Below are positions 11,901 through 23,970 of a stretch of DNA of 64,000 bases, piece by piece (position 1 is the stretch's first letter; the number at the start of each line of letters is the position of its first letter). A model generated the notes under the pieces. That model saw only the letters and a list, made by a program, of their open reading frames with translations, searched no databases and was not told where the DNA came from. The stretch is from Eledone cirrhosa (taxonomy: Eukaryota). The DNA lies in assembly GCA_964016885.1 (NCBI GenBank), contig OZ024743.1:132618001-132682000 (forward strand), read 5' to 3'. A program made the position numbers and the translations under genes.

Positions 11901-14900
11901 GGTGTTTGGTGCTTGGTGCTTGGTGCTTGGTGTTTGGTGCTTGGTGCTTGGTGTTTGGTGTTTGGTGTTTGGTGCTTGGTGCTTGGTGTTTGGTGCTTGG
12001 TGCTTGGTGCTGGGTGGTTGGTATTTGGTGCTTGGTGCTTGGTGTTTGGTGCTTGGTGCTTGGTGCTTGGTGTTTGGTGGTGGTGCTTGGTGCTTGGTCT
12101 TTGGTGCTTGGTGTTTGGTGTTTGGTGCTTGGTGCTTTGTGTTTGGTGCTTGGTGATTAGTGTTTGGTGCTTGGTACTTGGTGTTTGGTGCTTGGTGTTT
12201 GGTGTTTGCTGTTTGGTGTTTGGTGTTTGGTGTTTGCTGTTTGGTGTCTGCTTTTTGGTGTTTGGTGTTTGCTGTATGGTGTTTGCTGTTTCGTGTTTGG
12301 TGTTTGCTGTTTGGTGTTTGGTGTTTGGTGTTTGGTGTTTGGTGTTTGGTGCTTGTTGCTTGGTGCTTGGTGCTTGGTGTTTGGTGCTTGGTGCTTGGTG
12401 TTTGGTGCTGGGTGCTTGGTGTTTGGTGCTTGGTGCTTGGTGCTTGGTGTTTGGTGTTTGGTGCTTGGTGCTTGGTGCTTGGTGTTTGGTGTTTGGTGTT
12501 ATATGCTTGGTGTTTGATGCTTGGTGCTTGGTGCTTGGTGTTTGGTGTTTGGTGATTGGTGTTTTATGCTTGGTGTTTGATGTTTGGCGCTTGGTGCTTG
12601 GTGTTTGGTGCTTGGTGCTTGGTGTTTGTACTTGGTGCTTGGTGCTTGGTTCTTGGTGTTTGGTGCTTGGTGCTTGGTGCTTGGTGCTTGGTGTTTGGTG
12701 CTTGGGGTTTGGTGCTTGGTGTTCGGTGCTTGCTGCCTGGTGCTTGGTGCTTGGTGCTTGGTGTTTGGTGCTTGGTGTTTGGTGCTTGGTATTAGGTGTT
12801 TGGTGCTTGGTGCTTGGTGTTTGGTGTTTGGTGCTTGGTGTTTGGTGCTTGGTGTTTGGTGTTTGGTGCTTGGTGTTTGGTGTTTGGTGTTTGGTGCTTG
12901 CTGCTGGCTGCTTGGTGTTTGGTGCTTGGTGATTGGTGCTTGGTGTTTGGTGCTTGGTGTTTGGTGTTTGGTACTAGGTGCTTGGTGCTTGGTGTTTGGT
13001 GCTTGGTGCTTGGTGTTTGGTGTTTGGTGCTTGGTGCTTGGTGTTTGGTGCTTGGTGCTGGGTTCTGGGTGGTTGGTGTTTGGTGCTTGGTGTTTGGTGC
13101 TGGGTGCTTGGTGTTTGGTGCTTGGTGCTTGGTCTTTGGTGTTTGGTGTTTGGTGTTTGGGGCTTGGTGCTTGGTGCTTAGTGTTTGGTGCTAGGTGCTT
13201 GGGGTTTGGTGTTTGGTGCTTGGTGCTTGGTGTTTGGTGCTTGGTGCTTGGTGTTTGGTGTTTGGTGCTTGGTGCTTGGTGTTTGGTGTTTCCTGTTTGC
13301 TGTTTGGTGTTTGGTGTTTGGTGTTTGCTGTTTGGTGTCTGCTTTTTGGGGTTTGGTGTTTGCTGTATGTTATTTGCTGTTTGGTGTTTGGTGTTTGGTG
13401 TTTGGTGCTTGGTGCTTGGTGTTTGGTGCTTGGTGCTTGGTGTTTGGTGCCTGGTGCTTGGGGCTTGGTGTTTGGTGTTTGATGCTTGGTGTTTTATGCT
13501 TGGTGCTTGGTGTTTGGTGCTTGGTGTTTGTATTTGGTGCTTGGTGCTTGGTGTTTTGTGCTTGGTTCTTGGTGTTTGGTGTTTGGTGCTTGGTACTTGG
13601 TGCTTGGTGTTAGGTGTTTGGTGCTTGGTGCTTGGTGTTTGGTGTTTGGTCCTTGGTGCTTGGTCCTTGGTGTTTAGTGCTTGGTGCTTGGTGTTTGTTG
13701 TTTGGTGCTTTCTGTTTGCTGCTTGGTGTTTGCTGCTTGGTGCTTGGTGCTTGGTGTTTGGTGTTTGGTGCTAGGTGCTTGGTGTTTGGTGTTTGGTGTT
13801 TGATGCTTGGTGTTTGGTGCTTGGTGTTTGGTGCTTGGTGCCTGGGGCTTGGTGTTTGGTGCTTGGTGCTTGGTGCTTGGTGTTTGGTGCTTGGTGCTTG
13901 GTGTTTGGTGTTTGGTGTTTGGTGTTTGGTGCTTGGTGTTTGGTGCTTGGTGTTTGGTGTTTGGTGTTTGGTGTTTGATGCTTGGTGTTTTATGCTTGGT
14001 GCTTGGTGTTTGGTGCTTGGTGTTTGTATTTGGTGCTTGGTGCTTGGTGTTTTGTGCTTGGTTCTTGGTGTTTGGTGTTTGGTGCTTGGTACTTGGTGCT
14101 TGGTGTTAGGTGTTTGGTGCTTGGTGCTTGGTGTTTGGTGTTTGGTCCTTGGTGCTTGGTCCTTGGTGTTTAGTGCTTGGTGCTTGGTGTTTGTTGTTTG
14201 GTGCTTTCTGTTTGCTGCTTGGTGTTTGCTGCTTGGTGCTTGGTGCTTGGTGTTTGGTGTTTGGTGCTAGGTGCTTGGTGTTTGGTGTTTGGTGTTTGAT
14301 GCTTGGTGTTTGGTGCTTGGTGTTTGGTGCTTGGTGCCTGGGGCTTGGTGTTTGGTGCTTGGTGCTTGGTGCTTGGTGTTTGGTGCTTGGTGCTTGGTGT
14401 TTGGTGTTTGGTGTTTGGTGCTTGGTGCTTGGTGTTTGGTGCTTGGTGCTTGGTGCTGGGTGGTTGGTATTTGGTGCTTGGTGCTTGGTGTTTGGTGCTT
14501 GGTGCTTGGTGCTTGGTGTTTGGTGGTGGTGCTTGGTGCTTGGTCTTTGGTGCTTGGTGTTTGGTGTTTGGTGCTTGGTGCTTTGTGTTTGGTGCTTGGT
14601 GATTAGTGTTTGGTGCTTGGTACTTGGTGTTTGGTGCTTGGTGTTTGGTGTTTGCTGTTTGGTGTTTGGTGTTTGGTGTTTGCTGTTTGGTGTCTGCTTT
14701 TTGGTGTTTGGTGTTTGCTGTTTCGTGTTTGGTGTTTGCTGTTTGGTGTTTGCTGTTTGGTGTTTGGTCTTTGGTGCTTGGTGTTTGGTGCTTGGTGCTT
14801 GGTGTTTGGTGTTTGGTGCTTGGTGCTTGGTGCTTGGTGTTTGGTGCTTGGTGTCTGGTGCTTGGTGTCTGGTGCTTGGTGTTTGGTGTTTGGTGTTTGG

Positions 14901-17900
14901 TGCTTGGTGTTTGGTGTTTGGTGTTTGGTGTTTGGTGCTTGTTGCTTGGTGCTTGGTGCTTGGTGTTTGGTGCTTGGTGCTTGGTGTTTGGTGCTGGGTG
15001 CTTGGTGTTTGGTGCTTGGTGCTTGGTGCTTGGTGTTTGGTGTTTGGTGCTTGGTGCTTGGTGTTTGGTGTTTGGTGTTATATGCTTGGTGTTTGATGCT
15101 TGGTGCTTGGTGCTTGGTGTTTGGTGTTTGGTGATTGGTGTTTTATGCTTGGTGTTTGATGTTTGGTGCTTGATGCTTGGTGTTTGGTGCTTGGTGCTTG
15201 GTGTTTGTACTTGGTGCTTGGTGCTTGGTTCTTGGTGTTTGGTGCTTGGTGCTTGGTGCTTGGTGCTTGGTGTTTGGTGCTTGGGGTTTGGTGCTTGGTG
15301 TTCGGTGCTTGCTGCCTGGTGCTTGGTGCTTGGTGCTTGGTGTTTGGTGCTTGGTGTTTGGTGCTTGGTATTAGGTGTTTGGTGCTTGGTGCTTGGTGTT
15401 TGGTGTTTGGTGCTTGGTGTTTGGTGCTTGGTGTTTGGTGTTTGGTGCTTGGTGTTTGGTGCTTGGTACTTGGTGTTTGGTGCTTGGTGATTGGTGTTTG
15501 GTTTTTGGTGCTTGGTGCTTGGTGTTTGGTGTTTGGTGCTTGCTGCTGGCTGCTTGGTGTTTGGTGCTTGGTGATTGGTGCTTGGTGTTTGGTGCTTGGT
15601 GTTTGGTGTTTGGTACTAGGTGCTTGGTGCTTGGTGTTTGGTGCTTGGTGCTTGGTGTTTGGTGTTTGGTGCTTGGTGCTTGGTGTTTGGTGCTTGGTGC
15701 TGGGTTCTGGGTGGTTGGTGTTTGGTGCTTGGTGTTTGGTGCTGGGTGCTTGGTGTTTGGTGCTTGGTGCTTGGTCTTTGGTGTTTGGGGCTTGGTGCTT
15801 GGTGCTTAGTGTTTGGTGCTAGGTGCTTGGGGTTTGGTGTTTGGTGCTTGGTGCTTGGTGTTTGGTGCTTGGTGCTTGGTGTTTGGTGTTTGGTGCTTGG
15901 TGCTTGGTGTTTGGTGTTTCCTGTTTGCTGTTTGGTGTTTGGTGTTTGGTGTTTGCTGTTTGGTGTCTGCTTTTTGGGGTTTGGTGTTTGCTGTATGTTA
16001 TTTGCTGTTTGGTGTTTGGTGTTTGGTGTTTGGTGCTTGGTGCTTGGTGTTTGGTGCTTGGTGCTTGGTGTTTGGTGCCTGGTGCTTGGGGCTTGGTGTT
16101 TGGTGTTTGGTGCTTGGTGCTTGGAGTTTGGTGTTTGGTGCTTGGTGCTTGGTGTTTTGTGTTTGGTGTTTGGTTTTTGGTGCTTGGTGCTTGGTGCTTG
16201 GTGCTTGGTCCTTGGTGTTTGGTGCTTGGTGCTTGGTGTTTGTACTTGGTGCTTGGTGCTTGGTGTTTGGTTCTTGGTTCTTGGTGTTTGGTACTTGGTG
16301 CTTGGTGCTTGGTGCTTGGTGTTTGGTGTTTGGTGCTTGGTGTTTGGTGCTTGGTGCTTGGTGCTTGGTGTTAGGTGTTTGGTGCTTGGTGCTTGGTGTT
16401 TGGTGCTTGGTGTTTGGTGTTTGCTGATTGCTGTTTGGTGTTTGGTGTTTGGTGTTTGGTGTTTGCTGTTTGGTGTTTGGTGTTTGGTGTTTGGTGTTTG
16501 CTGTATGGTGTTTGCTGTTTCGTGTTTGGTGTTTGCTGTTTTCTGTTTGGTGTTTGCTGTTTGGTGTTTGGTCTTTGGTGCTTGGTGTTTGGTGCTTGGT
16601 GCTTGGTGTTTGGTGTTTGGTGCTTGGTGCTTGGTGCTTCGTGTTTGGTGTTTGGTGCTTGGTGTCTGGAGCTTGGTGTTTGGTGTTTGGTGCTTGGTGT
16701 TTGGTGTTTGGTGCTTGGTGCTTGGTGTTTGGTGCTTGGTGCTTGGTGTTTGTACTTGGTGCTTGGTGCTTGGTGTTTGGTGCTTGTTTCTTGGTGTTTG
16801 GTGCTTGGTGTTTGGTGCTTGGTGCTTGGTGTTTGGTGCTTGGTGCTTGGTGCTTGGTGCTTGGTGTTAGGTGTTTGGTGCTTGGTGCTTGGTGTTTGGT
16901 GTTTGGTTCTTGGTGCTTGGTATTTGGTGCTTGGTGCTTGCTACTTGGTGTTTGGTGCTTGGTGATTGATGCTTGGTGTTTGGTGCTTGGTGCTTGGTGT
17001 TTTGTTTTTGGTGCTAGGTGCTTGGTGCTTGGTGTTTGGTGCTTGGTGTTTGGTGTTTGGTGCTTGGTGCTTGGTGTTTGGTACTTGGTGCTTGGTGCTT
17101 GGTGTTTGGTGCTTGGTGCTTGGTGTTTGGTGTTTGGTGTTTGGTGCTTGGTGCTTGGTGTTTGGTGCTGGGTGCTTGGTGCTGGGTGCTTGGTGTTTGG
17201 TGCTTGGTGCTTGGTGTTTGGTGCTAGGTGCATGGTGCTTGGTGTTTGGTGCTTGGTGCTTGGTGCTTGGTCTTTGGTGTTTGGTGTTTAGTGCTTGGTG
17301 CTTGGTGCTTGGTGCTTGGTGCTTGGTCCTTGGTGTTTGGTGCTTGGTGCTTGGTGTTTGGTGTTTGGTGTTTGGTGCTTGGTGCTTCGTGTTTGGTGTT
17401 TGGTGCTTGGTGTCTGGAGCTTGGTGTTTGGTGTTTGGTGCTTGGTGCTTGGTGTTTGGTGCTTGGTGCTTGGTGTTTGGTGCTTGGTGCTTGGTGTTTG
17501 TACTTGGTGTTTGGTGCTTGGTGTTTGGTGCTTGGTTCTTGGTGTTTGGTGCTTGGTGTTTGGAGCTTGGTGCTTGGTGTTTGGTGCTTGGTGCTTGGTG
17601 TTTGTACTTGGTTCTTGGTGCTTGGTGTTTGGTGCTTGGTTCTTGGTGTTTGGTGCTTGGTGTTTGGAGCTTAGTGCTTGGTGTTTGGTGCTTGGTGCTT
17701 GGTGTTTGGTGTTTGGTGCTTGGTGCTAGGTGTTTGGTGCTTGGTGCTTGGTGTTTGGTGTTTGGTTCTTGGTGCTTGGTATTTGGTGCTTGGTGTTTGG
17801 AGCTTAGTGCTTGGTGTTTGGTGCTTGGTGCTTGGTGTTTGGTTTTTGGTGCTAGGTGCTTGGTGCTTGGTGTTTGTTGCTTGGTGTTTGGTGTTTGGTG

Positions 17901-20335
17901 CTTGGTGCTTGGGGCTTGGTGTTTGGTACTTGGTGCTTGGTGCTTGGTGTTTGGTGCTTGGTGCTTGGTGTTTGGTGTTTGGTGTTTGGTGCTTGGTGCT
18001 TGGTGTTTGGTGCTTGGTGCTTGGTGCTGGGTGGTTGGTGTTTGGTGCTTGGTGCTTGGTGTTTGGTGCTTGGTGCATGGTGCTTGGTGTTTGGTGCTTG
18101 GTGCTTGGTGCTTGGTCTTTGGTGTTTGGTGTTTAGTGCTTGGTGCTTGGTGCTTGGTGCTTGGTGCATTGTGATTAGTGTTTGGTGCTTGGTCCTTGGG
18201 GTTTGGTGTTTGGTGCTTGGTGCTTGGGGTTTGGTGCTGGGTACTTGGTGTTTGGTGCTTGGTGTTTGCTGTTTGCTGTTTGGTGTTTTTGGTGTTTGCT
18301 GTTTGCTGTTTGGTGTTTGCTCTATGGTGTTTGCTGTTTCATGTTTGGTGTTTGCTGTTTGGTGTTTGGTGTTTGCTGTTTGGTGTTTGGTCTTTGGTGC
18401 ATGGTGTTTGGTGTTTGGTGCTTGGTGCTTGGTGCTTGGTGTTTGGTGTTTGGTGTTTGGTGCTTGGTGCCTGGTGCTTGTAGTTTGGTGATTGGTGCTT
18501 GGTGTTTGCTGTTTGGTGTTTGGTGTTTGGTGTTTGCTGTTTGGTGTTTGGTGCTTGGTGCTTGGTGCTTGGTGTTTGGTGCTTGGTGCTTGGTGTTTGG
18601 TGTTTGGTGCTTGGTGTTTGGTGCTTGGTGCCTGGTGCTTGTTGTTTGGTGCTTGGTGTTTGGTGTTTGGTGTTTGGTGCTTGGTGTTTGGTGCTTGGTG
18701 TTTGGTGTTTGGTGCTCGGTGCTTGGTGTTTGGTGTTTGATGCTTGGTGCTTGGTGCTTGGTGTTTGGTGTTTGCTGCTTGGTGTCTGGTGCTTGGTGCT
18801 GGGTGCTTGGTGTTTGGTGCTTGGTGTTTGGTGCTTGGTGCTTGGTGCTTGGTGTTAGGTGTTTGGTGCTTGGTGTTTGGTGTTTGGTGCTTCATGCTTG
18901 GTGCTTGGTGTTTGGTGCTTGGTGCTTGGTGTTTGGTGCTTGGTGCCTGGTGCATGGTGTTTGGTGCTTGATGCTTGGTGATTGGTGTTTGCTGTTAGGT
19001 GTTTGGTGCTTGGTGCTTGGTGTTTGGTGCTTGGTGCTTGGTGTTTGGTGTTTGGTGCCTGGTGATTGGTGCTTGGTGTATGGTGCTTGGTGCTTGGTGT
19101 TTGGTGCTAGGTGCGTGGTGCTTGGTGCTTGGTGTTTGGTGCTTGGTGCTTGGTGTTTGGTGCTTGGCACTTGGGGCTTGGTGTTTGGTGCTTGGTGCTT
19201 GGTGCTTGGTGTTTGGTGCTTGGTGCTTGGTGTTTGGAGTTTGGTGCTTGGTGTTTGGTGCTTGGTGCTTGGTGCTGGGTGATTGGTGTTTGGTGCTTGG
19301 TGCTTGGTGTTTGGTGTTTGGCGCTTGGTGCTTGGTGCTTGGTGTTTGGTGCTTGGTGCTTGGTGCTTGGTCTTTGGTGCTTGGTGTTTGGTGTTTGGTG
19401 CTTGGTGCTTGGTGTTTGGTGCTTGGTGCTTGGTGATTAGTGTTTGGTGCTTGCTGCTTGGGGCTTGGTGTTTGGTGCTTGGTGCTTGGTGTTTGGTGCT
19501 TGGTGCTTGGTGTTTGGTGCTTGGTGTTTGGTTTTTGGTGCTTGGTGTTTGGTGTTTGGTGTTTGCTGTTTGCTGTTTGCTTTTTGGTGTTTGGTGTTTG
19601 CTGTATGGTGTTTGCTGTTTCGTGTTTATTGTTTGCTGTTTGGTGTTTGGTGTTTGGTGTTTGCTGTTTCCTGTTTGGTCTTTAGTCTTTGGTGCTTGGT
19701 GTTTGGTGCTTGGTGCTTGGTGTTTGGTATTTGGTGCTTGGTGTTTGGTGCTTGGTGCTTGGTGTTTGGTATTTAGGGCTTGGTGATTGGTGCTTGGTGC
19801 TTGGTGTTTGGTGTTTGGTGCTTGGGGCTTGGTGTTTGGTGCTGCGTACTTGGTGATTGGTGCTTGGTGCTTGGTGTTTTGTGTTTGGTGTTTGATGCTT
19901 GGTGTTTGGTGTTTGGTGCTTGGTGCTTGGTGTTTGGTGTTTGATGCTTGGTGCTTGATGCTTGGTGCTTGGTGCTTGGTGTTTGGTGCTTGGTGCTTGG
20001 TGTTTGTACTTGTTGCTTGGTGCTTGGTGTTTGGTGCTTGGTTTTTGGTGCTTGGTGTTTGGTGTTTGCTGTTTGCTGTTTGGTGCTTGGTGTTTGCTGT
20101 TTGGTGTTTGTTGTTTGGTGTTTGCTGTTTGGTGTTTGCTGTTTGGTGTTTGGTGCTTGCTGTTTGGTGCTTGGTGTTTGGTGCTTGGTGCTTAGTGTTT
20201 GGTGTTTGGTGTTTGGTGCTTGGTGCTTGGGGCTTGTTGTTTGGTGCTTGGTGCTTGGTGCTTGGTGCTTGGTGCATGGTGCTTGGTGCTTGGTGTTTGT
20301 CGCTTGGTGCTTGGTGCTTGGTGTTTGGTGCTTGG
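3205..20335 (+). repeat. ~6.4 kb segment duplicated at ~10.74 kb spacing (~3205-9570 vs ~13960-20335)
   Basis: Matching ORFs: 3353/14110 (offset 10757), 4884/15620 (10736), 5261/15998 and 7119/17856 (10737), 8234/18999 (10765), 9020/19787 (10767). Rare variants GCATTGTGATTAG, TTGTAGT, GCTGCGT and TTGTCGC are shared. Confidence 0.92.
13470..14410 (+). repeat. 496-bp tandem duplication
   Basis: ORFs 13486/13982, 13614/14110 and 13807/14303 are all offset by 496, which is 71x7-1 with one 6-bp TTGTAT unit. Confidence 0.88.
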
Positions 20336-23300
20336 TGTTTGGTGTTTGGTGCTTGGTGTTTGGTGTTTGGTGTTTGGTGTTTGGTGTTTGGTGTTTGGTG
20401 TTTGCTGTTTGCTGTTTGGTGTCTGCTTTTTGGTGTTTGGTGTTTTCTGTATGGTGTTTGCTGTTTCGTGTTTGGTGTTTGCTGTTTGGTGTTTGCGGTT
20501 TGCTGTTTGGTGTTTGGTGCTTGGTGCTTGGTGCTTGGTGTTTGGTGTTTGGTGCTTGGTGTTTGGTGTTTGGTTCTTGGTGCTTGGATTTTGGTGCTTG
20601 GTGCCTGGTGCTTGGTGTTTGGTGTTTGATGCTTGGTGCTTGATGCTTGGTGCTTGGTGTTTGGTGCTTGGTGCTTGGTGTTTGTACTTGTTACTTGGTG
20701 CTTGGTGTCTGGTGTTTGGTGCTTGGTGTCTGGTGTTTTGTGCTTGGTGTTTGGTGTTTGGTGCTTGGTGCTTGGTGTTTGTACTTGGTGCTTGGTGCTT
20801 GGTGTTTGGTGCTTGTTTCTTGGTGTTTGGTGCTTGGTGTTTGGTGCTTGGTGCTTGGTGTTTGGTGCTTGGTGCTTGGTGCTTGGTGCTTGGTGTTAGG
20901 TGTTTGGTGCTTGGTGCTTGGTGTTTGGTGTTTGGTTCTTGGTGCTTGGTATTTGGTGCTTGGTGCTTGCTGCTTGGTGTTTGGTGCTTGGTGATTGATG
21001 CTTGGTGTTTGGTGCTTGGTGCTTGGTGTTTGGTTTTTGGTGCTAGGTGCTTGGTGCTTGGTGTTTGGTGCTTGGTGTTTGGTGTTTGGTGCTTGGTGCT
21101 TGGTGTTTGGTACTTGGTGCTTGGTGCTTGGTATTTGGTGCTTGGTGCTTGGTGTTTGGTGTTTGGTGTTTGGTGCTTGGTGCTTGGTGTTTGGTGCTGG
21201 GTGCTTGGTGCTGGGTGGTTGGTGTTTGGTGCTTGGTGCTTGGTGTTTGCTGCTAGGTGCATGGTGCTTGGTGTTTGGTGCTTGGTGCTTGGTGCTTGGT
21301 CTTTGGTGTTTGGTGTTTAGTGCTTGGTGCTTGGTGCTTGGTGCTTGGTGCTTGGTCCTTGGTGTTTGGTGCTTGGTGCTTGGTGTTTGGTGTTTGGTGC
21401 TTGGTGCTTGGTGCTTCGTGTTTGGTGTTTGGTGCTTGGTGTCTGGAGCTTGGTGTTTGGTGTTTGGTGCTTGGTGTTTGGTGTTTGGTGCTTGGTGCTT
21501 GGTGTTTGGTGCTTGGTGCTTGGTGTTTGTACTTGGTGTTTGGTGCTTGGTGTTTGGTGCTTGGTTCTTGGTGTTTGGTGCTTGGTGTTTGGAGCTTGGT
21601 GCTTGGTGTTTGGTGCTTGGTGCTTGGTGCTGGGTGATTGGTGTTTGGTGCTTGGTGCTTGGTGTTTGGTGTTTGGCGCTTGGTGCTTGGTGCTTGGTGT
21701 TTGGTGCTTGGTGCTTGGTGCTTGGTCTTTGGTGCTTGGTGTTTGGTGTTTGGTGCTTGGTGCTTGGTGTTTGGTGCTTGGTGCTTGGTGATTAGTGTTT
21801 GGTGCTTGCTGCTTGGGGCTTGGTGTTTGGTGCTTGGTGCTTGGTGTTTGGTGCTTGGTGCTTGGTGTTTGGTGCTTGGTGTTTGGTTTTTGCTGTTTGG
21901 TGTTTGGTGTTTGGTGTTTGCTGTTTGCTGTTTGCTTTTTGGTGTTTGGTGTTTGCTGTATGGTGTTTGCTGTTTCGTGTTTATTGTTTGCTGTTTGGTG
22001 TTTGGTGTTTGGTGTTTGCTGTTTCCTGTTTGGTCTTTAGTCTTTGGTGCTTGGTGTTTGGTGCTTGGTGCTTGGTGTTTGGTATTTGGTGCTTGGTGTT
22101 TGGTGCTTGGTGCTTGGTGTTTGGTATTTAGGGCTTGGTGATTGGTGCTTGGTGCTTGGTGTTTGGTGTTTGGTGCTTGGGGCTTGGTGTTTGGTGCTGC
22201 GTGCTTGGTGATTGGTGCTTGGTGCTTGGTGTTTTGTGTTTGGTGTTTGATGCTTGGTGTTTGGTGTTTGGTGCTTGGTGCTTGGTGTTTGGTGTTTGAT
22301 GCTTGGTGCTTGATGCTTGGTGCTTGGTGCTTGGTGTTTGGTGCTTGGTGCTTGGTGTTTGTACTTGTTGCTTGGTGCTTGGTGTTTGGTGCTTGGTTTT
22401 TGGTGCTTGGTGTTTGGTGTTTGCTGTTTGCTGTTTGGTGCTTGGTGTTTGCTGTTTGGTGTTTGTTGTTTGGTGTTTGCTGTTTGGTGTTTGCTGTTTG
22501 GTGTTTGGTGCTTGCTGTTTGGTGCTTGGTGTTTGGTGCTTGGTGCTTAGTGTTTGGTGTTTGGTGTTTGGTGCTTGGTGCTTGGGGCTTGTTGTTTGGT
22601 GCTTGGTGCTTGGTGCTTGGTGCTTGGTGCATGGTGCTTGGTGCTTGGTGTTTGTCGCTTGGTGCTTGGTGCTTGGTGTTTGGTGCTTGGTGTTTGGTGT
22701 TTGGTGCTTGGTGTTTGGTGTTTGGTGTTTGGTGTTTGGTGTTTGGTGTTTGGTGTTTGCTGTTTGCTGTTTGGTGTCTGCTTTTTGGTGTTTGGTGTTT
22801 TCTGTATGGTGTTTGCTGTTTCGTGTTTGGTGTTTGCTGTTTGGTGTTTGCGGTTTGCTGTTTGGTGTTTGGTGCTTGGTGCTTGGTGCTTGGTGTTTGG
22901 TGTTTGGTGCTTGGTGTTTGGTGTTTGGTTCTTGGTGCTTGGATTTTGGTGCTTGGTGCCTGGTGCTTGGTGTTTGGTGTTTGATGCTTGGTGCTTGATG
23001 CTTGGTGCTTGGTGTTTGGTGCTTGGTGCTTGGTGTTTGTACTTGTTACTTGGTGCTTGGTGTCTGGTGTTTGGTGCTTGGTGTCTGGTGTTTTGTGCTT
23101 GGTGTTTGGTGTTTGGTGCTTGGTGCTTGGTGTTTGTACTTGGTGCTTGGTGCTTGGTGTTTGGTGCTTGTTTCTTGGTGTTTGGTGCTTGGTGTTTGGT
23201 GCTTGGTGCTTGGTGTTTGGTGCTTGGTGCTTGGTGCTTGGTGCTTGGTGTTAGGTGTTTGGTGCTTGGTGCTTGGTGTTTGGTGTTTGGTTCTTGGTGC

Positions 23301-23970
23301 TTGGTATTTGGTGCTTGGTGCTTGCTGCTTGGTGTTTGGTGCTTGGTGATTGATGCTTGGTGTTTGGTGCTTGGTGCTTGGTGTTTGGTTTTTGGTGCTA
23401 GGTGCTTGGTGCTTGGTGTTTGGTGCTTGGTGTTTGGTGTTTGGTGCTTGGTGCTTGGTGTTTGGTACTTGGTGCTTGGTGCTTGGTATTTGGTGCTTGG
23501 TGCTTGGTGTTTGGTGTTTGGTGTTTGGTGCTTGGTGCTTGGTGTTTGGTGCTGGGTGCTTGGTGCTGGGTGGTTGGTGTTTGGTGCTTGGTGCTTGGTG
23601 TTTGCTGCTAGGTGCATGGTGCTTGGTGTTTGGTGCTTGGTGCTTGGTGCTTGGTCTTTGGTGTTTGGTGTTTAGTGCTTGGTGCTTGGTGCTTGGTGCT
23701 TGGTGCTTGGTCCTTGGTGTTTGGTGCTTGGTGCTTGGTGTTTGGTGTTTGGTGCTTGGTGCTTGGTGCTTCGTGTTTGGTGTTTGGTGCTTGGTGTCTG
23801 GAGCTTGGTGTTTGGTGTTTGGTGCTTGGTGTTTGGTGTTTGGTGCTTGGTGCTTGGTGTTTGGTGCTTGGTGCTTGGTGTTTGTACTTGGTGTTTGGTG
23901 CTTGGTGTTTGGTGCTTGGTTCTTGGTGTTTGGTGCTTGGTGTTTGGAGCTTGGTGCTTGGTGTTTGGTG
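19245..23970 (+). repeat. 2355-bp near-perfect tandem duplication
   Basis: ORF pairs 19283/21638, 19787/22142, 20199/22554, 20633/22988, 20995/23350 and 21257/23612 are all offset by 2355. This is 337x7-4, matching four TTGTAC hexamers per copy. Confidence 0.93.
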
